64,000 bases of DNA. Origin: Lachnospiraceae bacterium (GTDB lineage Bacteria > Bacillota > Clostridia > Lachnospirales > Lachnospiraceae). How positions within the stretch are numbered: position 1 is the stretch's first letter; every line of letters begins with the position of its first letter. The stretch lies in the NCBI GenBank assembly GCA_017427685.1, contig JAFRSH010000027.1, forward strand, positions 2,477-66,476, given 5' to 3'. Below the pieces are notes generated by a model, which had not been told where the DNA came from, made no database searches, and saw only the letters and a list, made by a program, of their open reading frames with translations. The position numbers and the translations under genes were made by a program. This document shows positions 55,101 to 64,000 of this stretch, in pieces.

Positions 55101-56305
55101 AGGATAACAATTATTTATATACGAAGGCACTTGTGCTCGATTATGATGAGAATGCAACGCAACAGCAAAACAAGGGTGCCCGTATCGATGTATGTCTCGG
55201 TGGTGCGCTTCAGATTGGTGACATCAAGGTTTCTGTTCCCGACAACTGCACCGGCGATTGGAAAGCAGGCCAACCCGGAATCTCACTCTCTGCTGAATAT
55301 GATAATAACAGGACTACAGATTCCCAGAATGGTGTTTATAAGTATTATTTAAGACTTCAGGTACCCCAGTGCGCTAAGTTCACCAAGGTCGATAATGGAA
55401 CTGAAACCATTCCCACAGCTGCAGAGATCAATGCATGGTTACTCGCGAACAATATCTCGATCGATTTTATCGATCCCAGCAAGCTTAATGGTGAGGAATA
55501 CTTTGTAGTAACAGGCGATCCTGACAGAGCATGGATCCTGAAACGCGCAGCGGGTGGATTGGCAAATAACAGTATTGAGGAATTAATAGCTCCTAAAAAG
55601 GACAGTGATGGATACTATGAAATAAAGGAAAGTGAACATCTCCGCGCTCTTTACATGTGCAAGGGAGACGGATCGGGGTCGGAAAGGATCAAGGTGCGGA
55701 TCAATCCGGATAATGCGGACAATGAGCTTATCCTTAACTCAAAGCTGGAGACCATGTGGGATGTTGAAATCGTTTCCGGCAAGAAGCTCACCGTAAACCC
55801 TGGATCTGTACTCGAGGCAGCGGTTACTGTCGCTTCATGCGCAGCTATTGATATTCAGGTCAGCGGAAGCGAATATGGTGAACTTCGCACCACCCAGGGC
55901 GGAAACATCACCGTAAAAGCCGGCGGAACAATCAATGTATATGACGGTACTCATGGTAATGGAAACAGCGGTGAAGGAAAAGCCAAGCTTGTTTCTCAAA
56001 AGGGTGGAAGAGTAATTGTTGAAGCCGGTGGTACACTTGAAATCTATGGTACCTTTGAGTGTGGCGGATATAAAAGTGCCGATGTAGTAACGCCTGAGGT
56101 TTGGTTTGCAAACAACGGAACAGTTAATAACTACGGAAGCATTATCGTAACGATCTTTATTGCGAAATCGTCAACTAGTCAAAGCCTGACCGTAAACGAA
56201 GTGAATGGTATAGCGTTTGATATAAGAAATAAAGGCACTTACAAAGGTGATGGCGTAATCGATATCAAGTACGTAAGTGAAATAGCGTTGACAAATCATT
56301 CGTAA
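52184..56305 (+). CDS. Very large secreted protein of unknown function (beta-rich repeats; C-terminal module shared with the TIR protein)
   Basis: Strong RBS. Signal peptide LVVLFAIVALVFGTLPAGSAEA. Lys/Glu/Asn-rich linker with a duplicated NNQGNTDPG. C-terminal W.VE..SG..LT / GTFxCG / VWFxNxGTV pattern matches 45879..48104. Confidence 0.7.
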   Translation: MKRIATRLVVLFAIVALVFGTLPAGSAEAASKKSKKKTIVVTTQEELVAALKKYGSSNSKVKIKIETTEASTFTLSAKYSSDSIQIVVDAPNATIKSKAKVSSITINEAKSVKEYASGNKITVNDEKLTFTAMENASVEKLTIASETGTVKVVNNGGIEKVSVKTEVKVDLTQNGEMGRVYVAAAADISVSGTSEESLKVTVQKEAVGASVKAEVPVSVNAYADVDLTLEKGAENSKVTMKEETAGVKLENNTEETVSVKDTEGNTQKVETGEDLTTDNFVGKPDEPETTEGTVTEQPKEEEQKEEEKKDDTTNTGSDNNETDNNQGNTDPGNNQGNTDPGYTSVPGPTATELFIKELTTAAETAAQNGYSQLVPVKRTTDLTLTEDIVIPTGVQLFIGYENSSATLDADSYGIKLSENSQIIVSSQSKLNVEEQKIVYSPEDKVRHTEAWLVVEPGAEFNFGAYRFIADGDQGVTDPHYHICAIRYACGEDWHWSQDADRNVRFFNNSVSVQNNGGTVTITGEGAGLSELPAAFGVGSYILNIPNTDWADFENARNAVPEDGVFSYLEFTNGDNLSCNKFVTKFGNEAIYEYVNSDVDWLNAYLDPNRANEISDAEKAGKYSTISVEKSDVGRIRTVTIPSGNSNGAAITITGELRIPVGSKLIANKPLDMKEYGAVLKIMGTFESQANYYHGLGVCSSVIGNTSKERAGVPHLLVEMCGPQARLILKESSEYREYFFKYSFEDGRQVDLTKIDPEQQGLAIETWRDEVDGNTYIKSIWEYIYIPEDTTKGTPHWMVYRKTKGAADTTGVEVVNHPFKDNFISLEDLRKGINIGVIDNRHELVRFLDWSSSVAWLYVNENWNNLTGIREVADDNNNKYVDFSGIAANAFDGIENYANIGWHKFSTNTQQYLTLPARKSSDGNNIPWELSAVELKLSDYTASELCSMRLRQEASLKVSMGGTLVVDSVMAASKDNNYLYTKALVLDYDENATQQQNKGARIDVCLGGALQIGDIKVSVPDNCTGDWKAGQPGISLSAEYDNNRTTDSQNGVYKYYLRLQVPQCAKFTKVDNGTETIPTAAEINAWLLANNISIDFIDPSKLNGEEYFVVTGDPDRAWILKRAAGGLANNSIEELIAPKKDSDGYYEIKESEHLRALYMCKGDGSGSERIKVRINPDNADNELILNSKLETMWDVEIVSGKKLTVNPGSVLEAAVTVASCAAIDIQVSGSEYGELRTTQGGNITVKAGGTINVYDGTHGNGNSGEGKAKLVSQKGGRVIVEAGGTLEIYGTFECGGYKSADVVTPEVWFANNGTVNNYGSIIVTIFIAKSSTSQSLTVNEVNGIAFDIRNKGTYKGDGVIDIKYVSEIALTNHS

Positions 56306-56345
56306 AGTAGCTGCGACGTGGCAGTCACAGCGATTGCAGTAAACC

Positions 56346-56383
56346 AACAGGAACCCTCCGCGGAGGGTTCCTGTTGTTATTTA
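56346..56383 (+). terminator. Intrinsic terminator
   Basis: AACAGGAACCCTCCG|CGGAGGGTTCCTGTT perfect palindrome followed by GTTATTTAATTT. Confidence 0.8.
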
Positions 56384-56489
56384 ATTTGACATCTCTGACA
56401 ACTTTTTCTTTATTTAACGAACAAGACATGCTATAATAGCAAACGGTAGGGACGATGTTGCGTTTTGAAAAGTGGGAGATGATCAAATC

Positions 56490-58283
56490 ATGAACAATAC
56501 ATCTACTGTTGCAAAATCACGAAGGTATATCGGTCTGATTTCGGTATATCTTGGTTGCATTCTTATAAACATTCTTTTCAGCAGGCTTTGTGGGCTCCTC
56601 GAGATCCCTCTGTTCCTTGACTGCATCGGAACTCTTCTTGCTGCGATCTGCGGAGGCTTCCTGCCGGGTATCATCGTCGGGTACGTGACGAACCTGATCA
56701 ACTCGGTCTTCAATCCGCCCACCGCCTACTACGCAGTGATAAGCGTGCTGATCGCGCTTTCCGCATCGGCCCTGGCTTACAAAGGTTTCTATAAGAAGTT
56801 TTACAAATCGCTTGTTTCAATCCCGGTCTTTACTTTTTTGGGTGGCTTTTTGGGATCGCTTCTTACTTATCTCCTTTACGGCTTCGGAATGGGAGAAGGG
56901 ATCTCGGCGCCCTTTGCGCAGAAGCTGCTTGCAAACGGGACCTTGAGTGTTTTCTCGGCGCAGCTGATCTCTGATGTTGCGATCGACATCATCGACAAGA
57001 CCGTTACGGTTCTTATAGTCTATGCTCTGTTAAAGCTCATACCGGAGAAAATCCGGGATTCGATAGCGCTCACCTCATGGCAGCAGAGACCCCTTGACAG
57101 GGATGAGATCAGAGCTTCCCACAACATGGACGTAGCGCGCAGAAAGCTCAGCAGCAGGATCATCATGATCGTCGGTTCTGTCATGTGCTTTGTGGCGGTA
57201 ACGACGTGCATCATTAGCTACGTGATATATGATCAGTTTGCACAGGATCACTTCGCGGTCATGGGCTCGGTTGCCGACGTGTCTGCCGAAGCGGCGCCCG
57301 TGGACGGAGTGATGTTCATCACGAGGCTGGCCTCGCTCTTTATCGGTTTCTTCATTGTGGTACTTGTGTTCTGCCTGTGGCACATGAAGTACCACATGAC
57401 CTATCCGATCAATTCCATGACCTTCGCTGCAAGGCAATTTGCCTATAACAGCGAGGAAGAGCTTGAGACGGGACTGAGGAGTCTGGCAGACCTTAAGATC
57501 TCAACGGGAGACGAGATAGAGAAGCTCTACGAGGCTGTACTTAAGACCATGGGTGATACTGTCGGCTATCTTGAGGATGTTCGTGTAAAAGGAGAGCAGA
57601 TCTCCAGGATGCAGAACGGTCTGATCTACATCCTCGCCGACCTGGTTGAGAGCCGCGACAAGTGCACGGGCGACCATGTCAAGAAGACAGCGGCCTATGT
57701 GAGGCTGATCCTCGAGCTCCTGCGCGACAGCGGAGAGTATGGCGGCGTGGTTACGGACGAGTACATCGAAGATGTGTGCAACTGTGCGCCTCTTCACGAC
57801 ATCGGCAAGATCAAGGTTTCCGACCTTATCCTCAACAAGCCCGCCCGTCTGAATGACGAGGAGTTCCTTGAGATGCAGAAACACACGACAGCCGGAAAGA
57901 AGATCATCGAGAGCGCCATGGAGCTTACGGGCGGTTCTTCGGGATACCTTAAAGAGGCGCTTAACCTTGCCACCTATCACCATGAGAAGTGGGACGGCTC
58001 GGGTTATCCGGAGGGCCTGAAGGGTGAGGAGATACCTCTTTCCGCAAGGATCATGGCTGTTTCGGATGTATATGACGCGCTTCTTTCGGATCGAAGCTAC
58101 AAGAAGGCTTTCTCACACGAGGAAGCAATGAGGATACTCAAAGAGGGCTCCGGCAAGCATTTCGATCCTGTCATCGTGAGACTGTTCTCGGAAAACGAGG
58201 ACAAGGTCAGGAAGATAGAGGAAGAAAACAGAAAGCTGATCAACAGTGAAAAAACAGAAAACGATTATATGAGAGCGGTGTGA
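56490..58283 (+). CDS. HD-GYP domain c-di-GMP phosphodiesterase with a multi-pass membrane N-terminal region
   Basis: At least six hydrophobic helices, then HDIGKIKV and HHEKWDGSGYPEGL. An upstream in-frame GTG at 56472 is possible. Confidence 0.8.
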   Translation: MNNTSTVAKSRRYIGLISVYLGCILINILFSRLCGLLEIPLFLDCIGTLLAAICGGFLPGIIVGYVTNLINSVFNPPTAYYAVISVLIALSASALAYKGFYKKFYKSLVSIPVFTFLGGFLGSLLTYLLYGFGMGEGISAPFAQKLLANGTLSVFSAQLISDVAIDIIDKTVTVLIVYALLKLIPEKIRDSIALTSWQQRPLDRDEIRASHNMDVARRKLSSRIIMIVGSVMCFVAVTTCIISYVIYDQFAQDHFAVMGSVADVSAEAAPVDGVMFITRLASLFIGFFIVVLVFCLWHMKYHMTYPINSMTFAARQFAYNSEEELETGLRSLADLKISTGDEIEKLYEAVLKTMGDTVGYLEDVRVKGEQISRMQNGLIYILADLVESRDKCTGDHVKKTAAYVRLILELLRDSGEYGGVVTDEYIEDVCNCAPLHDIGKIKVSDLILNKPARLNDEEFLEMQKHTTAGKKIIESAMELTGGSSGYLKEALNLATYHHEKWDGSGYPEGLKGEEIPLSARIMAVSDVYDALLSDRSYKKAFSHEEAMRILKEGSGKHFDPVIVRLFSENEDKVRKIEEENRKLINSEKTENDYMRAV

Positions 58284-58533
58284 GAAGCATTGCTCTTTTT
58301 TTTTTGCGCAGGAGAAAGTCCTGTCGGGTCGTGGATTTAGGTCTGCACATATAATCGAAACAAACGCAAAGGGGAATTTTTAACCTTTAATTCACAAAAC
58401 GCAAAGCCGCCACGGATGTAATTTCGAATCTCAAGATTATGAATAAAATTTCACAAAAACATAGTGACAAAACTCCGAACATATAGTATTATTTTGTTTA
58501 GGGTATTAAAAAGCAATCTTAAGGAGGCTATTC

Positions 58534-60672
58534 ATGAAGAACTTGAAGATGAAAACACTGATCATCGCCATTGTATTTTTATCGACGGCGATCGGCATCA
58601 TCGGTCTTTGTGCGCTTTCGATCCGAAATACGGACAAAGTGCTCGAAGAAAAGACCAGTGATAATATGAAGACGTACCTCGACTCACAGGCAAGGTCGGT
58701 TGAGCAGTTCGTTTCGACCTCTGAGAAGCAGCTCCTTCTCTTTAAGGAAGCCTGCGAGGTTGAGGATCTTATCTATGACGATCTGGCTGATTATAATGCC
58801 AATCCGAACAGAGAACTCCCTATGTTCAATGATCCCGACTATAACACGGTTGCATATTTTAAGGACCACTATCCGCACTTCGAGCATTCGCAGGAGTACG
58901 TTATGGAGTACGCTGCGGGTCTCGGAAACTGGGAAGGACTTTATATCGGCAGCTTCGAGACAAGAGCTCTTGCATACAGTGTGCCTCCCGTTGTCGGTAA
59001 ATGCTTCAGAACCGATCCCGAAAAGATTCAGCAGCTGATGGACGCTATGAAGGCAAATCCCGAGGGTGTTTATAATCTCGGTATCATTGTTTCACCCGGT
59101 ACCGGAAAGCTTTGCCTTTCGATGTACGCTCCCGTATATAAGAACGGAGAGATGATCGGATACGTCGGCGCGGGACGATTCCACACCGAGCTTGAAGAGA
59201 TAATGACGGCTTATCAACTCACGGGTGTTGAGAACAGCCATTTCTACATGATCAATACCGCTAACAGCATGTTGTTTACCGATACCGAGCTTTCGCCGGA
59301 ACAGGAAGAGGAGTTCCTCGCAAAGGAGACGACGAAGCCCCTTCTTCTTGAAGTCATCAAGCGTGTAAATGAAGGCAAAAAGGATTACGATCAGTTTGAA
59401 TTTGAGGACGGCGACAAGACGCTCGTAGCCAGCTACGAGAAGCTTGAAGGACGTGACTGGGCAATCGTTGTTGCTGCCGACAAAAAGGATGTTTACGCAG
59501 CTTCCGCGGGCAGCAAGCAAACCATGATCATCCTCGGTATCGGCGCGTTTGTGCTTATCATGGCACTCGTTATTGTTTCGGTCATCCTCTTTACAAGACC
59601 CCTCAATACCATTACCGAATCGATCAGGAAGCTCGGAAGTCTCAATCTTTCGATCGATGACTCGATAAAGCCTTATGTCGGAAGAAAGAGCGAGGTCGGA
59701 ATGATAGCGACGGAGGTTGATTCGCTTTCGGGAACCTTCCGCGACATTATGGGAACGCTCGGACAATGCTCCGATTCACTCTCGAAGAATTCAGCCGATA
59801 TGACCGGCACCTCAAAGTCACTCCATGAAAGCATGGAAGACAACTCGGCGACCACACAGCAGCTCTCTGCAGGCATCACGAACACGAACGCGGCTCTCGA
59901 GACGGTTTGTGACGAGATGAACAACATGAACGAGATGGTCGGCAGTATCTCCGATGCGGTTAAGGCAGGTACCGACAAGAGCAGCGAGATGATCGTGAAC
60001 TCCAAGGCTATGTCTGAGAAGTCGGAAGAGCAGCTTAACAACAGCATCCAGAAGATCGAAACCACCAAGAAGAACATCAACGAAGCTATCGAAGCGCTTG
60101 CAACACTTTCGCAGATCGATGAGATGGCTTCAAAGATCCTTGATATCACAGAACAGACCAACCTCCTTTCACTCAATGCTTCGATCGAGGCAGCAAGAGC
60201 AGGCGAGATGGGCAGAGGCTTCGCAGTAGTTGCCGGCGAGATCGGAACACTTGCGGAAGATTCGTCACAGACAGCTACCCAGATCCAGAACATCTGTGTT
60301 GCATCCAACAGCAGTATTGAGAGCGTTAAGGCCTGCTTCAAGGATATCATCGAATTCATGGAGAAGGACGTTACCGTTCAGTTCAAGGAATTCTCGGATA
60401 TGGCCAAGGGCTACGGCGAGGATGTTAAGAACATCCGTGAGTCCATGGACAGCATCGCAGAGGTTTCCGGCAAGTTCAGTGAGTCCATGAACAAGATCAA
60501 GCAGCAGGTTGATTACGTCAGCGGCGCATCCTCCGACAATGAGAAGGGCGTTGAGGACATCATCTACAAGAACGAGCTCACCACCGAGATCGCAGAGAAG
60601 ATCATGAAGGTTGCGGAAGAGAACGGACGCAGCGCGAAGGAGATCAACGATATCATCGACAGGTTTGAATGA
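58534..60672 (+). CDS. Methyl-accepting chemotaxis protein (Cache-like sensor, HAMP, MA domain)
   Basis: Two TM helices flank a periplasmic domain of about 290 aa. Signalling hairpin [28 protein letters not shown]. Confidence 0.85.
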   Translation: MKNLKMKTLIIAIVFLSTAIGIIGLCALSIRNTDKVLEEKTSDNMKTYLDSQARSVEQFVSTSEKQLLLFKEACEVEDLIYDDLADYNANPNRELPMFNDPDYNTVAYFKDHYPHFEHSQEYVMEYAAGLGNWEGLYIGSFETRALAYSVPPVVGKCFRTDPEKIQQLMDAMKANPEGVYNLGIIVSPGTGKLCLSMYAPVYKNGEMIGYVGAGRFHTELEEIMTAYQLTGVENSHFYMINTANSMLFTDTELSPEQEEEFLAKETTKPLLLEVIKRVNEGKKDYDQFEFEDGDKTLVASYEKLEGRDWAIVVAADKKDVYAASAGSKQTMIILGIGAFVLIMALVIVSVILFTRPLNTITESIRKLGSLNLSIDDSIKPYVGRKSEVGMIATEVDSLSGTFRDIMGTLGQCSDSLSKNSADMTGTSKSLHESMEDNSATTQQLSAGITNTNAALETVCDEMNNMNEMVGSISDAVKAGTDKSSEMIVNSKAMSEKSEEQLNNSIQKIETTKKNINEAIEALATLSQIDEMASKILDITEQTNLLSLNASIEAARAGEMGRGFAVVAGEIGTLAEDSSQTATQIQNICVASNSSIESVKACFKDIIEFMEKDVTVQFKEFSDMAKGYGEDVKNIRESMDSIAEVSGKFSESMNKIKQQVDYVSGASSDNEKGVEDIIYKNELTTEIAEKIMKVAEENGRSAKEINDIIDRFE

Positions 60673-60708
60673 GCAATTATCTCCGAAATGAATTGATTTA
60701 GGATTGTG

Positions 60709-60795
60709 CTTACGGCTCCTCCTGCCACGTAGTCTTTCCGGAAAACGGCTTCGCCTTTAATTGTTTTCCGAAAAGACCACGGGCGCGGAGGAGCC
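60709..60795 (+). repeat. Family B repeat (copy B4)
   Basis: CTTACGGCTCCTCCTGCCACG-TAGTCTTTCCGGAAAAC...GTTTTCCGAAAAGACCA-CGGGCGCGGAGGAGCC. Confidence 0.8.
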
Positions 60796-60880
60796 TTTTG
60801 TGATAAGAAGAAGTGATTTTTGTTTTGGATACGCAGTGGTATAATGTCTTTGAATACACTTAGAGTAATTTAGAAAAGGG

Positions 60881-61948
60881 ATGATTTCGAATATGTCATA
60901 TAAGGATATCGCTGATAAACTCGCTACGGACAGGAACCTCTCGGATGAGGAGTTCCTTGAAGTGATCTGTGCTCCCTTCGGGGAGATCGATGAGCTGCTG
61001 GCCGAGCGTGCAAGGGAAGTCAGAGAGAAGTATTACGGCAAGGATGTGTACCTGCGAGGACTGGTTGAATTCTCGAACATCTGCAGGAACAACTGCTATT
61101 ACTGCGGGATCCGTCGCGATAATAAGAACTTCGACCGCTACAGGCTCACCAAGGAGCAGATCCTTTCGTGCGCCGACACGGGCTACGAGCTCGGGTTCAG
61201 GACCATCGTTCTCCAGGGCGGTGAGGACAGACACTTTACGGCGGAGATCATGGCCGACATCATAAGCGCTATCAAGGAAAAACACAGCGATTGTGCAGTG
61301 ACCCTGTCGATCGGCGAGATGGAGAGGGAAGAGTACGAGATCATGTTCAGGGCGGGTGCCGACAGGTACCTCCTGCGCCACGAGACAGCCGACAAGGAGC
61401 ATTATGAGAAGCTTCATCCCGCCGGGATGTCGTTCGAGCACAGGATGAATTGCCTGAAGGTCCTCAAGGAGATCGGTTATCAGGTCGGATGCGGGATGAT
61501 GATAGGGTCGCCCTACCAGGAGCCGCGCCACCTTGTGAAGGACCTGCGTTTCCTGATCGATTTCAAGCCGGAGATGGTCGGGATCGGACCCTTCATACCT
61601 CATCACGACACGCGGTTCGCAAACTTCGAGGCCGGGAGCGTGCCGCTTACCCTGAGGCTTCTGTCGGTGATCAGACTCATCCTCCCGGATGTGCTGCTGC
61701 CCGCAACGACGGCACTCGGGACGGTCGACCCCAAGGGTCGCGAGAAGGGACTCCTCGCCGGAGCCAACGTTATCATGCCGAACCTTTCACCCACCGATGT
61801 CCGCAACAAGTACCTGCTCTATGATAATAAGATCTGCACGGGCGAGGAAGCAGCCGAGTGCATCAGATGCATGGAGCGCCGTGTAGAGAGCGTAGGGTAT
61901 AAGGTTGCTATGACCAGAGGAGATCATGTGAAGTATTCGGTAAAGTAA
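60881..61948 (+). CDS. hydE: Radical SAM protein, [FeFe]-hydrogenase maturase HydE-like (BioB/HydE family)
   Basis: CRNNCYYCGIR CxxxCxxC motif. About 350 aa with BioB-like core blocks (VLQGGE, ETADKEHY, GMMIGSP). An alternative ATG exists at 60893. Confidence 0.7.
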   Translation: MISNMSYKDIADKLATDRNLSDEEFLEVICAPFGEIDELLAERAREVREKYYGKDVYLRGLVEFSNICRNNCYYCGIRRDNKNFDRYRLTKEQILSCADTGYELGFRTIVLQGGEDRHFTAEIMADIISAIKEKHSDCAVTLSIGEMEREEYEIMFRAGADRYLLRHETADKEHYEKLHPAGMSFEHRMNCLKVLKEIGYQVGCGMMIGSPYQEPRHLVKDLRFLIDFKPEMVGIGPFIPHHDTRFANFEAGSVPLTLRLLSVIRLILPDVLLPATTALGTVDPKGREKGLLAGANVIMPNLSPTDVRNKYLLYDNKICTGEEAAECIRCMERRVESVGYKVAMTRGDHVKYSVK

Positions 61949-61954
61949 AGAAAA

Positions 61955-61990
61955 GTGCCTGAAAGGTTAATCCTCTCAGGCACTTGTTTT
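61955..61990. terminator. Bidirectional intrinsic terminator between convergent genes
   Basis: GTGCCTGA...TCAGGCAC stem flanked by AAAGAAAAG upstream and TTGTTTT downstream. Confidence 0.65.
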
Positions 61991-62044
61991 ATGGATGATT
62001 GAAAGTCAGTGCTTTTATGTTTATGTGAAAATCGATTGCTTAGT

Positions 62045-63319
62045 TTATGCCCTGTTCTTTTTCTTCAACTTTATCTGCTTCAGTTTAAGATTCGTATTAT
62101 AGAAGTCCTTAGTCGAACATCCGGCACGTCCGCCGCCGGCGCAGGCACATGCACAGGCGCACGCACAGGAGTGAGCGCAGGCGCAGTGGCTGTGGGCGCA
62201 TGAACTGTGAGCACAGGAGCTCCTCGGAGGAGGAGGGGCAGGGATGTGAGTCACATGTACTCTGATAAATGTGTTCGGACTCGAACCGTAGCGGTAAGTT
62301 CCTTCGTTTGAGTAGTTCTCGGGATTGGTGATCTCTTTCTCCTCAACGACTTCTTCACTTTCGATAAAGCTTCGGCCGCAGTACGCACACTTTTCGGCGT
62401 TTTCGGGCCTCGGAGCCGCACAGCCCGGGCACTCGGGATAATACTTGATGAGCGTACGGGTTATCTTCTTTGTGGTCTTGGGCTGCGAGCTGAAACCGGT
62501 TCCTTTAAAGTAGCTTTTTATCTTGGAGACGATCACTCTGATACCTATCCAGAAAAGGAACACAGGTATCAATTCTATGAAAGCCACGCCCACGGAGAAA
62601 TCGTCGTAATCATAGTAATCATCGTAGTCGTAGCTGTAATAATCAAATCCATTGCTGTTCTGGTAGCCGTTGCCGTATGCATCATAAGCGTTGGCCGTCT
62701 TTGAAGTATCAAATGCGAAGGCATCGCTTGGATAGGTCACGCTGATCTCTTCGAACTTCGCGCCTGCCGAAAGAGTGCCCTTCCATACCAGTTTCCCGTC
62801 TTCGGTCGTGGCGCCGTGGCTCCACGCAGTTGCTTTGTCTGCATTCCAGATGATCGTGAGGTTGTCGACCGGGATGTCCTTGAACCAGCCGGGAGTGAAG
62901 TAGTACACCGTCTCGCCTTCCTTGAGGACATTCATCTCGTACATGTAGTCCTGGATCACTCTGAAATCAAAGTTGACGATATCATCCTTGTAGTACTTGT
63001 TCTTAAAGTAGACCTGAGCGAACACTTCAGAGCCGGAAAACTGAACTTTGACATCTTGGATGTTGTCGCTCACTTTCGCGCAGGACTTGTAATTAGAATT
63101 CGGAATTCCGATCTGAACCCAGTCGAGCGCGCCGATGCTGTCGTCGAGGACCTTCCACTCGATGTGGTAGAGCATGTTGAGGGTCGCGTCATCGTTCACA
63201 TCCACAGTGATAGTGAAGTCAAGTATCTCGTCGGTAGGCTGGGCCTTAACGCCTATGCCGGGAAGTGCGACTGCCGCAACAAGGACGAGGGAAGCTAAGA
63301 TAGAAAGTAATTTTTTCAT
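62045..63319 (-). CDS. Membrane-anchored protein: secreted N-domain, Tyr/Asp-rich stalk, TM helix, cytoplasmic zinc ribbon and Cys/His/Ala-rich tail
   Basis: Signal peptide LLSILASLVLVAAVALPGIGVKA. YYSYDYDDYYDYDDF; TM VAFIELIPVFLFWIGIRVIV; CPGC...CAYCG. Tail SSCAHSSCAHSHCACAHSCACACACACAGGG. AGGAGG RBS. Confidence 0.7.
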   Translation of the reverse strand: MKKLLSILASLVLVAAVALPGIGVKAQPTDEILDFTITVDVNDDATLNMLYHIEWKVLDDSIGALDWVQIGIPNSNYKSCAKVSDNIQDVKVQFSGSEVFAQVYFKNKYYKDDIVNFDFRVIQDYMYEMNVLKEGETVYYFTPGWFKDIPVDNLTIIWNADKATAWSHGATTEDGKLVWKGTLSAGAKFEEISVTYPSDAFAFDTSKTANAYDAYGNGYQNSNGFDYYSYDYDDYYDYDDFSVGVAFIELIPVFLFWIGIRVIVSKIKSYFKGTGFSSQPKTTKKITRTLIKYYPECPGCAAPRPENAEKCAYCGRSFIESEEVVEEKEITNPENYSNEGTYRYGSSPNTFIRVHVTHIPAPPPPRSSCAHSSCAHSHCACAHSCACACACACAGGGRAGCSTKDFYNTNLKLKQIKLKKKNRA

Positions 63320-64000
63320 CTTGAGCCTCCTTCCTTTTCGGAATGGTCATTCTTATCCGAAATTATTGAGACTTCAGAGCTGTCGTCTGTATTAGTACTC
63401 TTGTAGCTGCTTATAATGTGATCTGTCTTTTCACCGGATCGTGAAGACAAATCGGCGGGTGAGTTTTTCCGCAGAGGGCACCTGCCCAGCATAAGCGCCG
63501 AGAAATCCCTGCGCTTCTTGCATGCTTCGCTGTTCCAGATGTCTTCCCATTTGTCTGTGAGGAAGTTGCCGAGGGGTGCGCCCGAGAGCCAGCTCTGGCA
63601 GGGCACCACATTGCCGCCGGGGGTGATGGCCATGTTGCTGAGACATGCGCCGCAGTTCGGGGTCGAGAGGGCATGCTCCGCAAAGAACTCACCGTCTATC
63701 CAACCCGGGGAGGTGAAGCTGATCTCCATCCCGTTAGCATAGGCGTAATCGGCCGCGTCCGCGAGGATATCGCTGATCTCACGGGGAGAGAGCTGCAGCG
63801 ACTCCGAAGCATCTTTGAGGGCGTTGCCGGTCGTGATGAGACCGGAGCAGGTGACGTAGGTGACACCTTTCTCCTTAAGGAAGCGGAGAGTTTCGACGTA
63901 GTCCTTGTTAAGAGTGCACAGGGGCGTGTTGACGCTGAGACTCAGTCCCGCTTTGAGGGCGTTCTCGATGCCGGCCACCGTGTCGTCGTAGTGGTTCGCG
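63316..64000 (-). CDS. Radical SAM enzyme, C-terminal part with a SPASM/twitch-type Cys cluster (5' end outside the window)
   Basis: ...NCGACLSNMAITPGGNVVPCQSW...LGNF...IW...C...CP. The frame stays open to position 64000. The stop overlaps the downstream ATG (ATGA). Confidence 0.7.
   Translation of the reverse strand, partial: ANHYDDTVAGIENALKAGLSLSVNTPLCTLNKDYVETLRFLKEKGVTYVTCSGLITTGNALKDASESLQLSPREISDILADAADYAYANGMEISFTSPGWIDGEFFAEHALSTPNCGACLSNMAITPGGNVVPCQSWLSGAPLGNFLTDKWEDIWNSEACKKRRDFSALMLGRCPLRKNSPADLSSRSGEKTDHIISSYKSTNTDDSSEVSIISDKNDHSEKEGGSR

Noticed and set aside
62130-62215. GCRCAN hexamer microsatellite-like DNA.
   Set aside because: It is not an intergenic microsatellite. It lies in frame at the 3' end of the minus-strand ORF 62045..63319 and encodes the Cys/His/Ala tail. 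It is reported under that finding instead.
1-64000. Search for rRNA, tRNA, tmRNA, transposase, integrase, phage structural genes and cas genes.
   Set aside because: No intergenic segment folds by eye into a cloverleaf or matches rRNA-like sequence. No ORF shows DDE, tyrosine-recombinase or serine-recombinase motifs, so the accessory block cannot be called a defined mobile element.

Overview
The window is about 52% GC (estimated by eye) and looks like chromosomal DNA from a Firmicutes/Clostridia bacterium, possibly Lachnospiraceae; the taxon is inferred from gene content and synteny only. Most of it is dense plus-strand housekeeping coding. In order:
- GH2 beta-mannosidase, cysK, polA, coaE, a long FtsA-like protein, and an ACT/UPF0210 pair.
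- Two LCP-family wall-polymer ligases, a small alarmone synthetase, an RsmF-like methyltransferase and an RluA-family synthase.
- A 1150-aa surface protein, recU, and a mazEF-like toxin-antitoxin pair.
- A histidine operon, hisZ-G-D-B-A plus an unusual HisF-like/HisIE fusion, then hpt.
- The conserved rimP-nusA-ylxR-ylxQ-infB-rbfA-nrnA-truB-ribF-rpsO cluster.

An accessory-looking block follows at about 44.6-56.3 kb. It holds a DtxR-like regulator, two membrane-spanning TIR-type proteins with extracytoplasmic LRR or PASTA-like domains, and two paralogous lipoprotein esterases split by a SLOG-like/2x SLATT-like membrane protein. A 1373-aa secreted protein in the block shares a C-terminal module with one TIR protein. 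The window ends with an HD-GYP phosphodiesterase, an MCP, hydE, and a radical-SAM/SPASM gene translationally coupled to a membrane protein with a Cys/His/Ala-rich cytoplasmic tail.

No rRNA, tRNA, CRISPR array, transposase or integrase was recognised.

The best candidate for an undescribed system is the TIR (x2) plus SLOG-SLATT neighbourhood, which could be a Thoeris-like signal-generator and pore-effector arrangement with receptor-like TIR proteins. Also notable:
- Two interspersed families of long palindromic intergenic repeats, one showing compensatory stem changes between copies.
- The rSAM plus Cys-rich-tail pair.
- The rearranged his operon.

All domain calls come from reading motifs by eye; no searches were run.
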